Below are positions 29,337-39,889 of a stretch of DNA of 64,000 nucleotides, one piece after another; the first letter of the stretch is position 1, and each line of letters opens with the position of its first letter. The notes below the pieces were generated by a model. The model searched no databases. It worked only from the letters and a program-made list of their open reading frames with translations, and was not told the origin of the DNA. The position numbers were made by a program, and so were the translations under genes. This stretch comes from Halobacteriota archaeon (GTDB taxonomy: Archaea > Halobacteriota > Bog-38 > Methanoflorentales > Methanoflorentaceae), in contig JBEKER010000001.1 of NCBI GenBank assembly GCA_050013755.1, forward strand, positions 37,595 to 101,594. Direction: 5' to 3'.

Positions 29337-30578
29337 ATGGAAGCGAAACAAGTTATACAGCTAGTTGCAGTGTGCATCATTTTGGCCGCGTGTGTCACGA
29401 CAGCGATCCCTCGAGCAGCCGCCGCCGAAATCAGAGTAGGCTCGGGGGGACAGTATCGGACGATCTCCGAAGCCGTTAAATCTGCACAGCCAGGCGACAC
29501 TGTGCTCGTCGGACCTGGAACGTACGTCGAAAATATCGTAGTTGATAAGCCTGTCAAGGTTGTTTCCACGAATGGAGAGTCAGCAACGGTAGTCAAGGCT
29601 GCTGACACGGGCAAAGATGTTTTCCTGCTGAGCGGTAGCGGCATCACGATCCAGGGGTTTACCGTAACCTCGGGGAAGATGGGGGTCGCGTTTGGGCACA
29701 CATCGAACTGCGTACTTACCGCGTGTGTGGTGAATGGCAACGGTTTTGGAGTCTACTTATCTGGCGCTACGGGCAATCTGGTAAGCAACAACAACCTGAA
29801 TGGTAACGGTTTTGGGATCTACTTGGACGGGTCGTCCGGAAATAAACTGTCGAATAACAGCGCCTCGAATGAAAAGGGTGGCGGCGGAAATGCATCTCTA
29901 AGCGACGGCATTTATATGTTTAACTCTAACGCTAACAACGTCACGCGCTGTGACTTGAGCAACAACCAAAACTTTGGAGTATCTCTATTCAACTCAAAGA
30001 ATAACGCGTTTTCAAACAACACGCTCAGCTCGAACGCTCAATTTGGCGTGCGTCTTCGCGATGGAGCCAACAATAACCAGTTCTCGTTCAACACCTTCAA
30101 GACAAACGCTGAAAACGGTGTGCTGATAGGTGATTCGCAAGCTAACACGTTTTATTTCAATAACTTCTTGGCCGAAAAAAGCAATTTTTACACGCAAGAG
30201 GGCAACAACATCAACTCCACAAAGAAGCTCAACTATACCTATGGCGGCAATGTGTTTAGCGGATTCGTCGGTAACTACTACTCAAATTATGTCGGATCCG
30301 ATGCAGACCGAAACGGAATCGGAGACCCCCCGGTTGGCCAAGACAAGTATCCTCTTGTCAAGCCTGTCGAAAACTATGGTATGGTTCAACCGACTCCGAC
30401 GCCAACGGCATCCCCGTCTGCCGCTGCGTCCACCACTTCAACCGCATACGCGAATTCTACAGTGCCCTCTGCAGGCCAGCGTGCTCCAGCAGGTACGCCT
30501 GGATTCGAAACTGCGTCAGCGATGTTTGGGTTGCTGTTTGCGGCTGTAATCGCCGTGATATTGAAGAGAATGCGGTGA
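29337..30578 (+). CDS. NosD/CASH parallel beta-helix surface protein with PGF-CTERM anchor
   Basis: TISEAV..AQPGDTVLVGPGTYVEN, GIYL..S..N repeats, GNYYSNY.G.D.D.NGIGD.P, TPGFE-TM-KRMR. Confidence 0.9.
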   Translation: MEAKQVIQLVAVCIILAACVTTAIPRAAAAEIRVGSGGQYRTISEAVKSAQPGDTVLVGPGTYVENIVVDKPVKVVSTNGESATVVKAADTGKDVFLLSGSGITIQGFTVTSGKMGVAFGHTSNCVLTACVVNGNGFGVYLSGATGNLVSNNNLNGNGFGIYLDGSSGNKLSNNSASNEKGGGGNASLSDGIYMFNSNANNVTRCDLSNNQNFGVSLFNSKNNAFSNNTLSSNAQFGVRLRDGANNNQFSFNTFKTNAENGVLIGDSQANTFYFNNFLAEKSNFYTQEGNNINSTKKLNYTYGGNVFSGFVGNYYSNYVGSDADRNGIGDPPVGQDKYPLVKPVENYGMVQPTPTPTASPSAAASTTSTAYANSTVPSAGQRAPAGTPGFETASAMFGLLFAAVIAVILKRMR

Positions 30579-30671
30579 CGAGGGAACTCCTACGGTATTG
30601 AGGTTAAGCGCTCCGGCGATTAACGCCAAGCTAGTCTCTCTCGAGCTTGGGTCGCGCTCTCGGCGGGTTAG

Positions 30672-31205
30672 TCAGGGGTCGTCCACAGCTGTTTTTGCAA
30701 AACTCGTGGAAGGAAACGTCTCAGTAATCTGCATTAGTACCATCCCGTGACTAATGATATCGTATGTCCGCGACAGCAGCAGCACGTTATGAGGAACGCC
30801 AAACAAGTCGCTAAGCTCATCGTTCGAAGTGGTATCAACTCTTCTGATTTCGCGCCGTGATTCAATTCCTCGCTGCGCCATGATTCGTCCGATCGGTATG
30901 TCAGCTTTCATTAGGTCGTGTCTAAACTCTTTTTGCAGGCGTGCGATAGGCGTGTAGGACTCGGCGTAGATCAGTGGTCGGTCATCATCGTCGTTTTTGA
31001 GAACGACGACGCGATAGTTTATGTTGTCGCCCTCCTCTACATCCAGCGCTGCGGCTCTCTCGGTGTCTGCTCTGACAACCTGTTGAAGCAACGTCTTTAC
31101 TACAATAGGTTTCCCAGTTAGCACTTCGAGCAGAGTCGTAACTGAGCCGTCTGTCATCAGCAACAGTCGCTGCGCCTTCGACAGTGGAACGTTCGGATCT
31201 TTCAT
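30672..31205 (-). CDS. Chorismate pyruvate-lyase-like protein (DUF98 / 4-hydroxybenzoate synthase)
   Basis: LLMTDGSVTTLLE, YAES, DIPIGRI, ITETFP; GGAGGT upstream of ATG 31205. Confidence 0.85.
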   Translation of the reverse strand: MKDPNVPLSKAQRLLLMTDGSVTTLLEVLTGKPIVVKTLLQQVVRADTERAAALDVEEGDNINYRVVVLKNDDDDRPLIYAESYTPIARLQKEFRHDLMKADIPIGRIMAQRGIESRREIRRVDTTSNDELSDLFGVPHNVLLLSRTYDIISHGMVLMQITETFPSTSFAKTAVDDP

Positions 31206-31229
31206 ACGAATCTTTAGACCTCCTAGCAC

Positions 31230-32204
31230 TCAGGAGTCCGGAGCCTGTCGGCCGGACGAGATCTTACGGACGTACGCGCCGCTGTTTTGCGCTTTTATGG
31301 CGTGGACTTCGCCACCGATAGTCTCCTTCAAGTAACGCTCAGCCGCCGTTTGTAGTTGCTTTCCATCGGCTATCCCATATACGGCGGGGCCAAACGAGCT
31401 CATTCCGGCACCCAACGCCCCGTTTTCTCTCATGAATCGAACAAGGTGCGCACAGAACGGCTGCAGTTCAAGTTCTCGGCGCTTGAAACCCAGCATCTGA
31501 ACTCGATCGATCGATCGGCCGAAACTTTCGATGTCGCGTTCCACGACTGCCGGAAGCATTTCCATTAAAATAACGTGACATAGCTCCTGGATCTCGGTAA
31601 GCGGCAGTGGACAGTTTTGTTTGAATATATCGACCTCGCGTCTATCGCTCGCGCCGTGTAGATTTGGGATGGCAAGAACGATCGTCCAATCCGGAAAATC
31701 GTGACGGACGATCATCGGGGCAGGGGCATATTTTCCAGAAGCCGACGATGGCAAGAACGCCGTCTTGCCTTTGTGACCCCCATCAATAATGAAGCCACCC
31801 CGCTCGTACGCTGCGACGCCGATACCGGAGGTGCCCCCCCTTCCCGTCAGTTGGGCAATGGCCTTTGGCGTCAAACGCAGGTCGTAGAGTTCGCTTATCG
31901 CCGTTCCGACCGCCAGCGCGACTTGGGTTCCTGAGCCTAGTCCAACGTGAGCAGGAAATTCGTCGACGACCTCGATCGCTACGCCCGCGACATCGTGCTG
32001 CCTCATGATCGCTGACGCCGCTCTTTTTATTCGGTTTTCGAACGTTGTGTTTCCTGAAACCGAAAGCTGAGCGTCTTCTCGCGCGTTGATCTTCACTGAT
32101 GGAAAGTCGAGAGTGAGTCCGACACCACCGTCAATGCGTCCAAGCGAGCCGTTCAAGTCAATAAGGGTGATATGAAGTCTCGATGGCGTAACTACTTCGA
32201 TCAT
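31230..32204 (-). CDS. mptG: Beta-ribofuranosylaminobenzene 5'-phosphate synthase (methanopterin pathway)
   Basis: TPSRLHITLIDLNG..GRIDGGVG, HVGLGSGTQ, GRGGTSGIG, MSSFGP. Confidence 0.93.
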   Translation of the reverse strand: MIEVVTPSRLHITLIDLNGSLGRIDGGVGLTLDFPSVKINAREDAQLSVSGNTTFENRIKRAASAIMRQHDVAGVAIEVVDEFPAHVGLGSGTQVALAVGTAISELYDLRLTPKAIAQLTGRGGTSGIGVAAYERGGFIIDGGHKGKTAFLPSSASGKYAPAPMIVRHDFPDWTIVLAIPNLHGASDRREVDIFKQNCPLPLTEIQELCHVILMEMLPAVVERDIESFGRSIDRVQMLGFKRRELELQPFCAHLVRFMRENGALGAGMSSFGPAVYGIADGKQLQTAAERYLKETIGGEVHAIKAQNSGAYVRKISSGRQAPDS

Positions 32205-33100
32205 GTCGTTTCTCGCGTCGATGTCTCCGGTTCAATATGAATAATGACCTCCTTAACGTTTGGCACGCGCGTTTGTATCTCTTTTTCCAGTTTGTTGGCG
32301 ATGTTGTGCGCGTCTCCAAGACTAAGGTTCGGCCCGACGTGGATGCTTACGTCCACGAATATGCTGCTGCCGGCTTGGCGGGCCCGAAGATCATGGAAGG
32401 CAGTTATGTCGCGGTTATCCGTTATAACGTCTCTGATCTTTGACGTTATCTCCTTTGGTGGGGCGGCGTCGACGAGGACCCGCGTCGTTTTTCGTCCGAG
32501 CCGGATAGAAGTCGTAAGCATTATGATCGCGACGAAGATCGCGGCCAAAGGGTCGACGACGGCGTACCCGAACTTGGCTGCCACCAAGCCGAGAAGCACA
32601 GCTGCGGAGCTATAGATGTCCGTTGAGAAGTGATAGGCGTCGGCTTCCAAGGCCGAACTTCCGTATTTTCGGGCGTTTTGAAAAAGGTACCGTGAAACGC
32701 TGAAATCTGCGATGATGGCAAAAACCATGATGGCGATGGCGTAATAAAGCGTAGAGTCTATCTGGATAGCAAATCCTGTGAGAAGTCGCAGGCCCGCCTC
32801 ATAGAAGATCCATATGCTTGTAACGCCAAGAAGTGCGGTCTGCACGAGGCTTGAAAAGTTTTCGAACTTCTCGTGCCCGTAGGGATGTTCCTCATCGAAT
32901 GGCCTATTTGCGCTTCTGATGCCCGTGTAAGCAAAGCCCGAAGCAAGAAGGTCGAGCAGCGAATGTGCCGCTTCGGCGAGCATTCCTAGACTGCCACTTG
33001 CAACCCCCACGATAATTTTCGTGGAGAGCAGAAGCACATTCACGAAAACTGAAAAAGTTGCAGCGCGAAGCTTTTGGGCTGCGCCGCTGGCGTCGTCCAT
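32201..33100 (-). CDS. Cation diffusion facilitator transporter (FieF-like)
   Basis: AHSLLD, HPYGHEKFE, DAYHFSTD, IHIEP. Confidence 0.92.
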   Translation of the reverse strand: MDDASGAAQKLRAATFSVFVNVLLLSTKIIVGVASGSLGMLAEAAHSLLDLLASGFAYTGIRSANRPFDEEHPYGHEKFENFSSLVQTALLGVTSIWIFYEAGLRLLTGFAIQIDSTLYYAIAIMVFAIIADFSVSRYLFQNARKYGSSALEADAYHFSTDIYSSAAVLLGLVAAKFGYAVVDPLAAIFVAIIMLTTSIRLGRKTTRVLVDAAPPKEITSKIRDVITDNRDITAFHDLRARQAGSSIFVDVSIHVGPNLSLGDAHNIANKLEKEIQTRVPNVKEVIIHIEPETSTRETT

Positions 33101-33171
33101 TCTTGGCCCTTTATATAGGTTTTACTTTATTTAGGAGTATCGGAATCGCGTGACGCGAGCCGCAGCAGCGT

Positions 33172-33187
33172 CAGAAACCTTTAAGTA
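33172..33187 (+). promoter_or_regulatory. BRE/TATA promoter of the ribosomal protein superoperon
   Basis: CAGAAACCTTTAAGTA about 60 nt upstream of the first ORF. Confidence 0.55.
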
Positions 33188-33246
33188 ACTTTGTTGCACT
33201 TTTAAAAACTACACGGGTCAGGCGTTATCACGCAGAATGTGCAAAG

Positions 33247-34038
33247 ATGCACCCCAAGATACAGCTCGCAGTGCCCTCATCCTTGACCATCGAAACTGCC
33301 GATCATAAAATAAAGACATACAAGGTCGGACAAGTCGCTCGGGCGGCAGCAATATTTGGGGTGCAATGCGTCACAATTTACCGTGACGCTGCGTACGATG
33401 ACAGCCGATTCATCGCGTCGATATTGCAGTACATGGAGGCGCCGCAGTACCTTCGAAAGCTGCTTTTCCCGCGCTCAAATGAGTTGCGATCCGTCGGGGT
33501 GGTCCCCCCGTTGAAGACCCCTCATCACGCGCGACCGCGTGATGACATTCGAGAAGGAATTGTGATAGACGTCGGAACTGACTGCGCTTGGGTTGAAATC
33601 GGTTTGGATTGCCCGGCCCTTTTGCGAACAGCCACGTTGCGCAAAGGGGAGCGCGTGACAGTTAAGATCTTTTCGCGAGATCCGCTTGAAGTTGGACTGA
33701 CTCAGAGGCCGCCGCGTTATTGGGGGTATTCGGTCCGGGTGGTCGATAGCATCGCAGACGCGTTGGAGGGGTTGGTCATAGCCACGTCGAGGCAAGGACA
33801 GCCAATAAGTCCCGCCATACACAATGAAATAAGAAGGAGAAGCGCCGAATTGATGACTTTCGTATTTGGGGCTCCCAACCGTGGAGTAGAAGCCTTACTC
33901 CAGGAAGCGGGGCTATCGCTGACGGATGCTTCAGACTTTGTCGTTAACACGATTCCGCAGCAAGGGACAGAAACGGTGCGCACAGAAGAAGCTATCGTGG
34001 CCACGTTGAGCGTGTTCAATATCGCGCTGCACGAATGA
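33247..34038 (+). CDS. SPOUT RNA methyltransferase (DUF171/C9orf114-like)
   Basis: KVGQVARAAAIF, PQYLRK, YWGY, QGTETVRTEEA; precedes L3. Confidence 0.9.
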   Translation: MHPKIQLAVPSSLTIETADHKIKTYKVGQVARAAAIFGVQCVTIYRDAAYDDSRFIASILQYMEAPQYLRKLLFPRSNELRSVGVVPPLKTPHHARPRDDIREGIVIDVGTDCAWVEIGLDCPALLRTATLRKGERVTVKIFSRDPLEVGLTQRPPRYWGYSVRVVDSIADALEGLVIATSRQGQPISPAIHNEIRRRSAELMTFVFGAPNRGVEALLQEAGLSLTDASDFVVNTIPQQGTETVRTEEAIVATLSVFNIALHE

Positions 34039-34047
34039 GGTAAACTA

Positions 34048-35040
34048 ATGACAAAAAGACATCGTCCGAGACGCGGATCGCTCGCCTACAGCCCGCGAAA
34101 GAGGGCAAAGAGCGAAGTGCCGAGAATCCGCTCCTGGCCAGAGCAAGATGAGCCGCGAATACTGGGATTCGCGGGCTACAAAGCCGGGATGACGCACGTG
34201 ATCTTAGTCGATGATGCCCCTAATAGCCCAACTGAAGGTTTGGAGATAAGCGTGCCCGCCACGGTCGTGGAAACTCCTGCGATGAAAGTTGCGGCCGTAC
34301 GGACATATCGTAAGACGCCCTATGGAAAGCGCGTTGTGCTCGAAGCTTGGGCCGAAAACATCGCAGCCGATGTTGCGAAGCGCAAGCCGGTTCCGAAGGA
34401 CGCAGTACGCCGTGATGGGGGTCTCGACGGTGCGGACGAGATCCGCGTGCTGGTTTATACCTCGCCAGCGGCGGTTAGTGGCATTCCAAAGAAGGTGCCT
34501 GAACTGATGGAAGTGCTTATTGGTGGAGACGATGTAAGCGCTGCGTATACATACGCGGACGATATCTTGGGAAAAGCAATCGATGCTGAGAACGTCTTCA
34601 AAGAAGGTATGCTAGTCGACGTAATCGCAGTGACAAAGGGCAAAGGGGTTCAGGGGCCAGTCAAACGGTGGGGCGTCACCATCCAGGATCGAAAAGCCTT
34701 CAGGGGTGGCAAGGGGCGCCACATCGGGAATCTTGGTCCGTGGAACCCAGCGCGTGTTAGGTGGACGGTTCCCCAACTTGGTCAGATGGGCTATCAACAA
34801 AGAACTGAGTACAATAAGCGAATACTTAAAATCGGACCGGACGGAGCTGTAGTGACTCCCGCGGGCGGATTTATCAAATATGGGCTCGTTCGAGGCGCGT
34901 ACGTTCTTCTCCACGGATCGATTCCAGGACCTGCCAAGAGGCTCATTAGAATGAGATCGGCCACCAGGCCACACAAAACCGCACACACGGTTCCTGATCT
35001 GAGCTACGTTAGCGTTCGATCGAAGCAAGGAGTGAGATGA
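34048..35040 (+). CDS. rpl3: Ribosomal protein uL3
   Basis: PRRGSLAYSPRKRA, GYKAGMTH. Confidence 0.98.
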   Translation: MTKRHRPRRGSLAYSPRKRAKSEVPRIRSWPEQDEPRILGFAGYKAGMTHVILVDDAPNSPTEGLEISVPATVVETPAMKVAAVRTYRKTPYGKRVVLEAWAENIAADVAKRKPVPKDAVRRDGGLDGADEIRVLVYTSPAAVSGIPKKVPELMEVLIGGDDVSAAYTYADDILGKAIDAENVFKEGMLVDVIAVTKGKGVQGPVKRWGVTIQDRKAFRGGKGRHIGNLGPWNPARVRWTVPQLGQMGYQQRTEYNKRILKIGPDGAVVTPAGGFIKYGLVRGAYVLLHGSIPGPAKRLIRMRSATRPHKTAHTVPDLSYVSVRSKQGVR

Positions 35041-35041
35041 G

Positions 35042-35785
35042 ATGAAGGGGCGACTAATGAGTCTGAAGGGAAAGGCCAGAAAGAATATCGATCTTCCGGA
35101 GCTTTTCGACGAACTCTACCGCCCAGATCTCATAAAAAAGGCAGTCGTCGTTTCGCAGGCAAATAGGAAACAGGCCTATGGACCGCAGTCCACGGCGGGC
35201 CTTAAGACCTCAGCGGAATCGTGGGGTTCGGGGCGGGGGGTCGCGCAAGTCCCGCGATTGAAGAACTCCAGCAGGGTCGCCAGGGTGCCGCAAGCGGTTG
35301 GCGGAAGAAAAGCACATCCGCCAAACTCAAAGAAGGTATTTTTCGAGAAGATAAACAAGAAGGAAAGGCAGAAAGCGATGCGATCTGCAATCGCAGCCAC
35401 CGCAAAACCTGATCTAGTCAAAGCGCGGGGTCATCGGTTTGAAGGAACCCTTCCGCTCATACTTGAGGACGCCTTCGAAGAGTTGTCCACAACCAGCGAA
35501 ATAGCAGCAGTACTGGCCGCGCTCAACGTCTGGCAAGACGTAGAGAAAGCGAAACGCGGCAAACGCGTGCGTGCCGGGAAAGGCAAGCGGCGGGGCCGAC
35601 GCTATAAGCACAAAAAGAGCGTCCTCATCATCTGTACGAGGCCCGTGTTGGCAGCGCGCAATTTGCCCGGAGTTGATGTTGTATCTGTGGATCAGTTAAA
35701 CGTCGAGCTTCTAGCTCCGGGTACGCACGCTGGTAGACTCACAATATGGACCCAGTCGGCGATAAATGCCTTAGGAAAAGGGTAG
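35042..35785 (+). CDS. rpl4: Ribosomal protein uL4
   Basis: SAESWGSGRG, LAPGTHAGRLT. Confidence 0.98.
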   Translation: MKGRLMSLKGKARKNIDLPELFDELYRPDLIKKAVVVSQANRKQAYGPQSTAGLKTSAESWGSGRGVAQVPRLKNSSRVARVPQAVGGRKAHPPNSKKVFFEKINKKERQKAMRSAIAATAKPDLVKARGHRFEGTLPLILEDAFEELSTTSEIAAVLAALNVWQDVEKAKRGKRVRAGKGKRRGRRYKHKKSVLIICTRPVLAARNLPGVDVVSVDQLNVELLAPGTHAGRLTIWTQSAINALGKG

Positions 35786-35789
35786 CGTT

Positions 35790-36035
35790 ATGTTGAAACA
35801 CGCGTATGTAACCGAGAAGGCGACAGCTCAGCTTGACAGAGAGAACAAGCTCACGTTCATCGCTGACGTCGAAGATACAAAAGACGACATAAAAAAAGCG
35901 GTGGAAGAAATCTACAACGTCACGGTCGTCGACGTGAAGACGCTCGTTACACCCAAAGGGCTCAAAAAAGCTACTATTACGCTTTCAAGCGACGATTCTG
36001 CTGAAGAGATCGCATCAAAACTTGGAATCTTCTAA
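35790..36035 (+). CDS. rpl23: Ribosomal protein uL23
   Basis: TEKA..NKLTF, KKATI; operon position. Confidence 0.96.
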   Translation: MLKHAYVTEKATAQLDRENKLTFIADVEDTKDDIKKAVEEIYNVTVVDVKTLVTPKGLKKATITLSSDDSAEEIASKLGIF

Positions 36036-36047
36036 CGGAGTCGGGAT

Positions 36048-36761
36048 ATGGGCAAGAGAATTATATCGCAAAATCGGGGGAGGGGAACACCGACCTATCG
36101 GGCACCGTCTCACCGCTATAAGGCAGCCTTGAAATTGATCAAAGCTGACAAGGATGAGGATGTGAAAGCGCGCGTAGTCGAGGTCCTTCACGACCCTGCC
36201 CGCAGCGCCCCCATAGCGCGAGTTGAGTTGGCGGATGGAACGGAGCGCTTGATACTAGTACCAGAGGGCCTTTGCGTGGGCGATGAAATCGCGTGCGGAG
36301 CGTCAGCAGAGGTCAAAGCTGGCAATATTCTGCCGCTTGCCGAAATCCCGGAAGGGGTGCCGATCTGCAGTATTGAATCGCAACCTGGCGACGGAGGTTG
36401 TTTCGCGCGGGCATCGGGCGTCTATGGGATGCTGATCGCGCACGACGTGCAAAAAACTGTCGTGCAACTGCCCAGTGGCGAAATGAAATGGCTCCATCCG
36501 CATTGCCGAGCAATGATAGGAATGGTGGCAGGTGGAGGACGCCTTGACAAGCCCTTTGTCAAAGCAGGCAAGAAGTTCCACAAGATGCGTTCAAGAGCAG
36601 CAAAATATCCTCGTGTGCGCGGGGTTGCCATGAACGTGGTAGACCACCCATTTGGCGGTGGTGGTTGGCAGCATCCGGGCCGCCCAAAAACGGTCAGCCG
36701 AAATGCTCCACCGGGCCGGAAAGTTGGCAGCATTGCAGCTCGCCGCACCGGTAAACGATAG
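36048..36761 (+). CDS. rpl2: Ribosomal protein uL2
   Basis: [15 protein letters not shown]. Confidence 0.98.
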   Translation: MGKRIISQNRGRGTPTYRAPSHRYKAALKLIKADKDEDVKARVVEVLHDPARSAPIARVELADGTERLILVPEGLCVGDEIACGASAEVKAGNILPLAEIPEGVPICSIESQPGDGGCFARASGVYGMLIAHDVQKTVVQLPSGEMKWLHPHCRAMIGMVAGGGRLDKPFVKAGKKFHKMRSRAAKYPRVRGVAMNVVDHPFGGGGWQHPGRPKTVSRNAPPGRKVGSIAARRTGKR

Positions 36762-36784
36762 TCAAACCAAGAGCTGGTGAAAGT

Positions 36785-37195
36785 ATGGCTAAGAGAAGAA
36801 AAGTAGAAGCGCCACGCCGAAAGGAGGAGTTCTCGTATAGGGGGCATTCCCCTGAGGAGCTCAAGGACCTGGAGCTCGATAGATTGGCTCAGCTCTTTCC
36901 TGCGCGTCAACGCAGAAAGCTCAAGAGAGAACTCACGGAAGATCAAAAAAAGCTTTTGCAAAAGATACGAGAGGGCAAAACCATCCGCACCCATCAGAGA
37001 GACATGATCGTTCTCCCTGAGATGTTCGGCACCTCGATCGGAGTCCACGACGGAAAGACGTTCGCCATCGTCGAGATTATGCCGGAAATGGTAGGGCATT
37101 ACCTTGGGGAATACGCGCTCACACGGCGACGGGTATCACACGGCGGTCCGGGCGTGGGAGCGACACGATCCAGTAGATACGTTCCACTGAAGTGA
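36785..37195 (+). CDS. rps19: Ribosomal protein uS19
   Basis: [25 protein letters not shown]. Confidence 0.98.
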   Translation: MAKRRKVEAPRRKEEFSYRGHSPEELKDLELDRLAQLFPARQRRKLKRELTEDQKKLLQKIREGKTIRTHQRDMIVLPEMFGTSIGVHDGKTFAIVEIMPEMVGHYLGEYALTRRRVSHGGPGVGATRSSRYVPLK

Positions 37196-37199
37196 TCTA

Positions 37200-37670
37200 A
37201 TGGCGTTCACCAAGTATTCAGTCGAGTTTGACAACGAGAAAACGGCCCGCTCGCAAGGCCATGAGCTTCACGTATCGCCGCGACACTGCGTGGAGATATG
37301 TAGAGAGCTGCGGGGAAAGTCGCTCGCAGAAGCCAAATCCTATTTGGAAGGAATTATTGAGCTCAAGAAGCCCGTGCCGTTCAAGCGCCACAATTCAGGC
37401 GTCGGACATCGCGCGGGGTTAAGTGGATGGGACGCAGGCCGATTTCCGCAGAAAGCAGCCCGGGGCATACTTACGGTCGTAAAGAGCGCGGAAGCGAATG
37501 CTGAATACAAAGGGCTCGATTCGGATCGAATGCAGATCGTCCACAGTTTGGCGAGAAGGGGGCGGGTCATTGAAGGTAGGATGGCTCGCGCGATGGGACG
37601 CGCCACCGCAAAGAACACGTCCACGGCAACGGTCGAAATCGTGCTCCAGGAGTTTGAAAATGGGGATTGA
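37200..37670 (+). CDS. rpl22: Ribosomal protein uL22
   Basis: VPFKRH, GRFPQKA, RAMGRA. Confidence 0.97.
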   Translation: MAFTKYSVEFDNEKTARSQGHELHVSPRHCVEICRELRGKSLAEAKSYLEGIIELKKPVPFKRHNSGVGHRAGLSGWDAGRFPQKAARGILTVVKSAEANAEYKGLDSDRMQIVHSLARRGRVIEGRMARAMGRATAKNTSTATVEIVLQEFENGD

Positions 37671-38325
37671 GAAAAAATTCATAGAGGAGGGCTTGAAGAG
37701 ATCTCAGATGAACGAGTACTTCAACAAGGAGCTAGAGCGCGCAGGCTATGGTGGCATGGAGATCAATCGTACTCCTCTCGGCACGCACATCACCTTGTAC
37801 GCAGAGAAACCCGGAATGATCATCGGAAAGAGCGGCAAAACGATCAGACGAGTCACCAGAGAGCTCGATGCGAATTTTAAACTTGACAACCCACAGCTCG
37901 ACGTCCAGGAGATCGAAGTTCCGGAGCTAAACGCGCAAATAATGGCGCACCGGTTAGCTAACGCGCTTGAGCGGGGTTGGTATTTCAGAAAGGCAGGACA
38001 ATCGACGCTCCAGCGGGTTATGGACGCCGGTGCGCTTGGGTGCGAAGTAATCCTAGCGGGAAAGATTACAGGCCCGCGATCGCGAACCGAGAAGTTTCTC
38101 GCCGGATACATTAAGCACTGCGGAAAACCTGCTGAAGAGCTGGTAATGAAAGGCTACGCAGTCGCGAAACGGAAACTTGGGATCATCGGAGTCAAAGTCT
38201 TCATTGTGCCTCCCGGAGTTAAACTTCCTGACGACATACGACTGATCGAACAAATACCAGCAGAAGAGGTGGAGTCGAATGGCAATATTGAGGAGCCAAG
38301 AGATACGCAAGATGAAACCGGGTGA
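37660..38325 (+). CDS. rps3: Ribosomal protein uS3 (true start ATG 37660)
   Basis: [17 protein letters not shown] motif, GALGCEV. Confidence 0.97.
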   Translation: MGIEKKFIEEGLKRSQMNEYFNKELERAGYGGMEINRTPLGTHITLYAEKPGMIIGKSGKTIRRVTRELDANFKLDNPQLDVQEIEVPELNAQIMAHRLANALERGWYFRKAGQSTLQRVMDAGALGCEVILAGKITGPRSRTEKFLAGYIKHCGKPAEELVMKGYAVAKRKLGIIGVKVFIVPPGVKLPDDIRLIEQIPAEEVESNGNIEEPRDTQDETG

Positions 38326-38497
38326 ACGAAGCGAGCAGCTTGACGATCTGATCGCGGAACTCTTAAGAGAGAGAGCGCTTGTGTCTGCAGGCGGCGCTCC
38401 AGAGAACCCGGGAAGACCAAAGGAGCTCCGAAGGACCATCGCTCGAATCCGCACAATTATGAACGAAGAGAAGAACGCCCGACCAGCGGGTACGTAG
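38279..38497 (+). CDS. rpl29: Ribosomal protein uL29
   Basis: [20 protein letters not shown]. Confidence 0.96.
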   Translation: MAILRSQEIRKMKPGERSEQLDDLIAELLRERALVSAGGAPENPGRPKELRRTIARIRTIMNEEKNARPAGT

Positions 38498-38502
38498 GTG
38501 CT

Positions 38503-38793
38503 ATGAGAATTACTCCTCAGAACTTCATGAATCACGAGCTCATTGGTTTGCATGTGACGCTGGTGAAGAGCACTAACAAGGACGCCGTCGGCTTGAGTGG
38601 GCGGATCATTGACGAAAGCAGAAACATTTTCAAATTGGAATGCTGCGGACAGGAAAAAACGACTGCCAAGCGCCACACGACATTTGAATTCACGCTGCCG
38701 GAAGGCGACAAAGTACGAGTACCCGGAGATCTTGTCCTGGGACGCCCAGAAGACCGCGTTGCAAAGAGTATTCGAAAATGGCACAACAGGTGA
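38503..38793 (+). CDS. rnp1: RNase P protein Rpp29/Pop4
   Basis: HELIGL, G.IIDES.N, RPEDR. Confidence 0.93.
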   Translation: MRITPQNFMNHELIGLHVTLVKSTNKDAVGLSGRIIDESRNIFKLECCGQEKTTAKRHTTFEFTLPEGDKVRVPGDLVLGRPEDRVAKSIRKWHNR

Positions 38794-38797
38794 CAAC

Positions 38798-39118
38798 ATG
38801 CGAACGAATATTGGCTTTGACGTAGCTGCGCCCACAGAGGAGTGCAAGGACAGCAACTGTCCCTTTCACGGGACGCTTTCTGTGCGGGGGCAGGTTATCG
38901 ACGGAACGGTGGTGAGCGACAAAACTGCCCGAACCGTTGTAGTGCAGCGGGAGTACCTGAAATACATTCCGAAGTACGAGAGGTACGAAAAGAGGAAGTC
39001 GAAACTACACGCTCATAATCCGGATTGCGTCGCGGCAAAAACGGGAGACCGCGTTAGCCTAGCAGAATGCCGGCCGTTGTCCAAGACCAAGTCGTTCGTG
39101 GTGATTAAAGTACTATGA
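38798..39118 (+). CDS. rps17: Ribosomal protein uS17 (start ATG 38798)
   Basis: [30 protein letters not shown]. Confidence 0.97.
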   Translation: MRTNIGFDVAAPTEECKDSNCPFHGTLSVRGQVIDGTVVSDKTARTVVVQREYLKYIPKYERYEKRKSKLHAHNPDCVAAKTGDRVSLAECRPLSKTKSFVVIKVL

Positions 39119-39513
39119 AGTGCCTGAAGGCGAAGATTCCTCGATCGCTCGCAACGAGTTCGAAAATTGACTGCGTCGATAATACGGGGGCAAGAACCCT
39201 TGAGATTATCGCGGTCAAACGGTATCGGGGGGTTAAGAAGCGGCAACCCAAGGCGGGATTAGGCGAGATGGTCATAGTATCGGTCAAAAAAGGGGCGCCT
39301 GACATGCGCCGACAGATACTCAAGGCTGTCATCGTGCGGCAGAAAAAGGAATTCAGAAGGCCTGACGGGACGAGAGTGAAGTTTGAAGATAACGCAGCCG
39401 TCATCACCGATGACAACGGGGAGCCCCGCGGAACTGAGATCAAGGGGCCGATTGCCCGCGAAGTCGCAGAACGCTTCGGCAAGATTGCTTCGGTCGCTCA
39501 AATGATAGTGTGA
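39115..39513 (+). CDS. rpl14: Ribosomal protein uL14
   Basis: DNTGA, FEDNAAV, GPIAREV. Confidence 0.98.
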   Translation: MKCLKAKIPRSLATSSKIDCVDNTGARTLEIIAVKRYRGVKKRQPKAGLGEMVIVSVKKGAPDMRRQILKAVIVRQKKEFRRPDGTRVKFEDNAAVITDDNGEPRGTEIKGPIAREVAERFGKIASVAQMIV

Positions 39514-39522
39514 GGGTTCAGA

Positions 39523-39888
39523 GTGGTAAATAGAGTTACGTCTAAGCAACCGCGAAAACAGCGGAAAGCGCGAATTGATGCTCCTCTCCACGTGCGTCAG
39601 AAGTATCTGCACGCGCCTCTCGAAAAGAAGCTTGCGGATAAATATAAGCGCCGAAGGGTTCAAATACGGAAAGGAGACACAGTAAAGGTGCTTCGTGGGG
39701 ACTCCCGCGATCATGAAGGAAAGGTGGCGAAGGTTAACCTCAAAGAGGAGTCGATCGAAATTGACGGCGTAACGGTGCACAAGGCCGATGGGTCTGAGGT
39801 GGCACGACCCATACATCCTTCAAACGTGATAATTACAAAGCTTGAGCTCAAAGACAAACTCAGGACCAGTAAACTAGAGGAGGAATAG
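39523..39888 (+). CDS. rpl24: Ribosomal protein uL24
   Basis: SKQPRKQRK, KGDTVKVLRG, IHPSNV. Confidence 0.97.
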   Translation: MVNRVTSKQPRKQRKARIDAPLHVRQKYLHAPLEKKLADKYKRRRVQIRKGDTVKVLRGDSRDHEGKVAKVNLKEESIEIDGVTVHKADGSEVARPIHPSNVIITKLELKDKLRTSKLEEE

Positions 39889-39889
39889 C

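Noticed and set aside
37498..37659. N-terminal extensions of S3 (and S17, fibrillarin, HemK) in the ORF track
   Set aside because: Artefacts of longest-ORF calling; they overlap upstream genes and family-typical starts lie downstream
38279..38325. 47-nt S3/L29 overlap
   Set aside because: Overlap of an unconserved S3 tail with the next gene; ordinary in compact archaeal ribosomal operons
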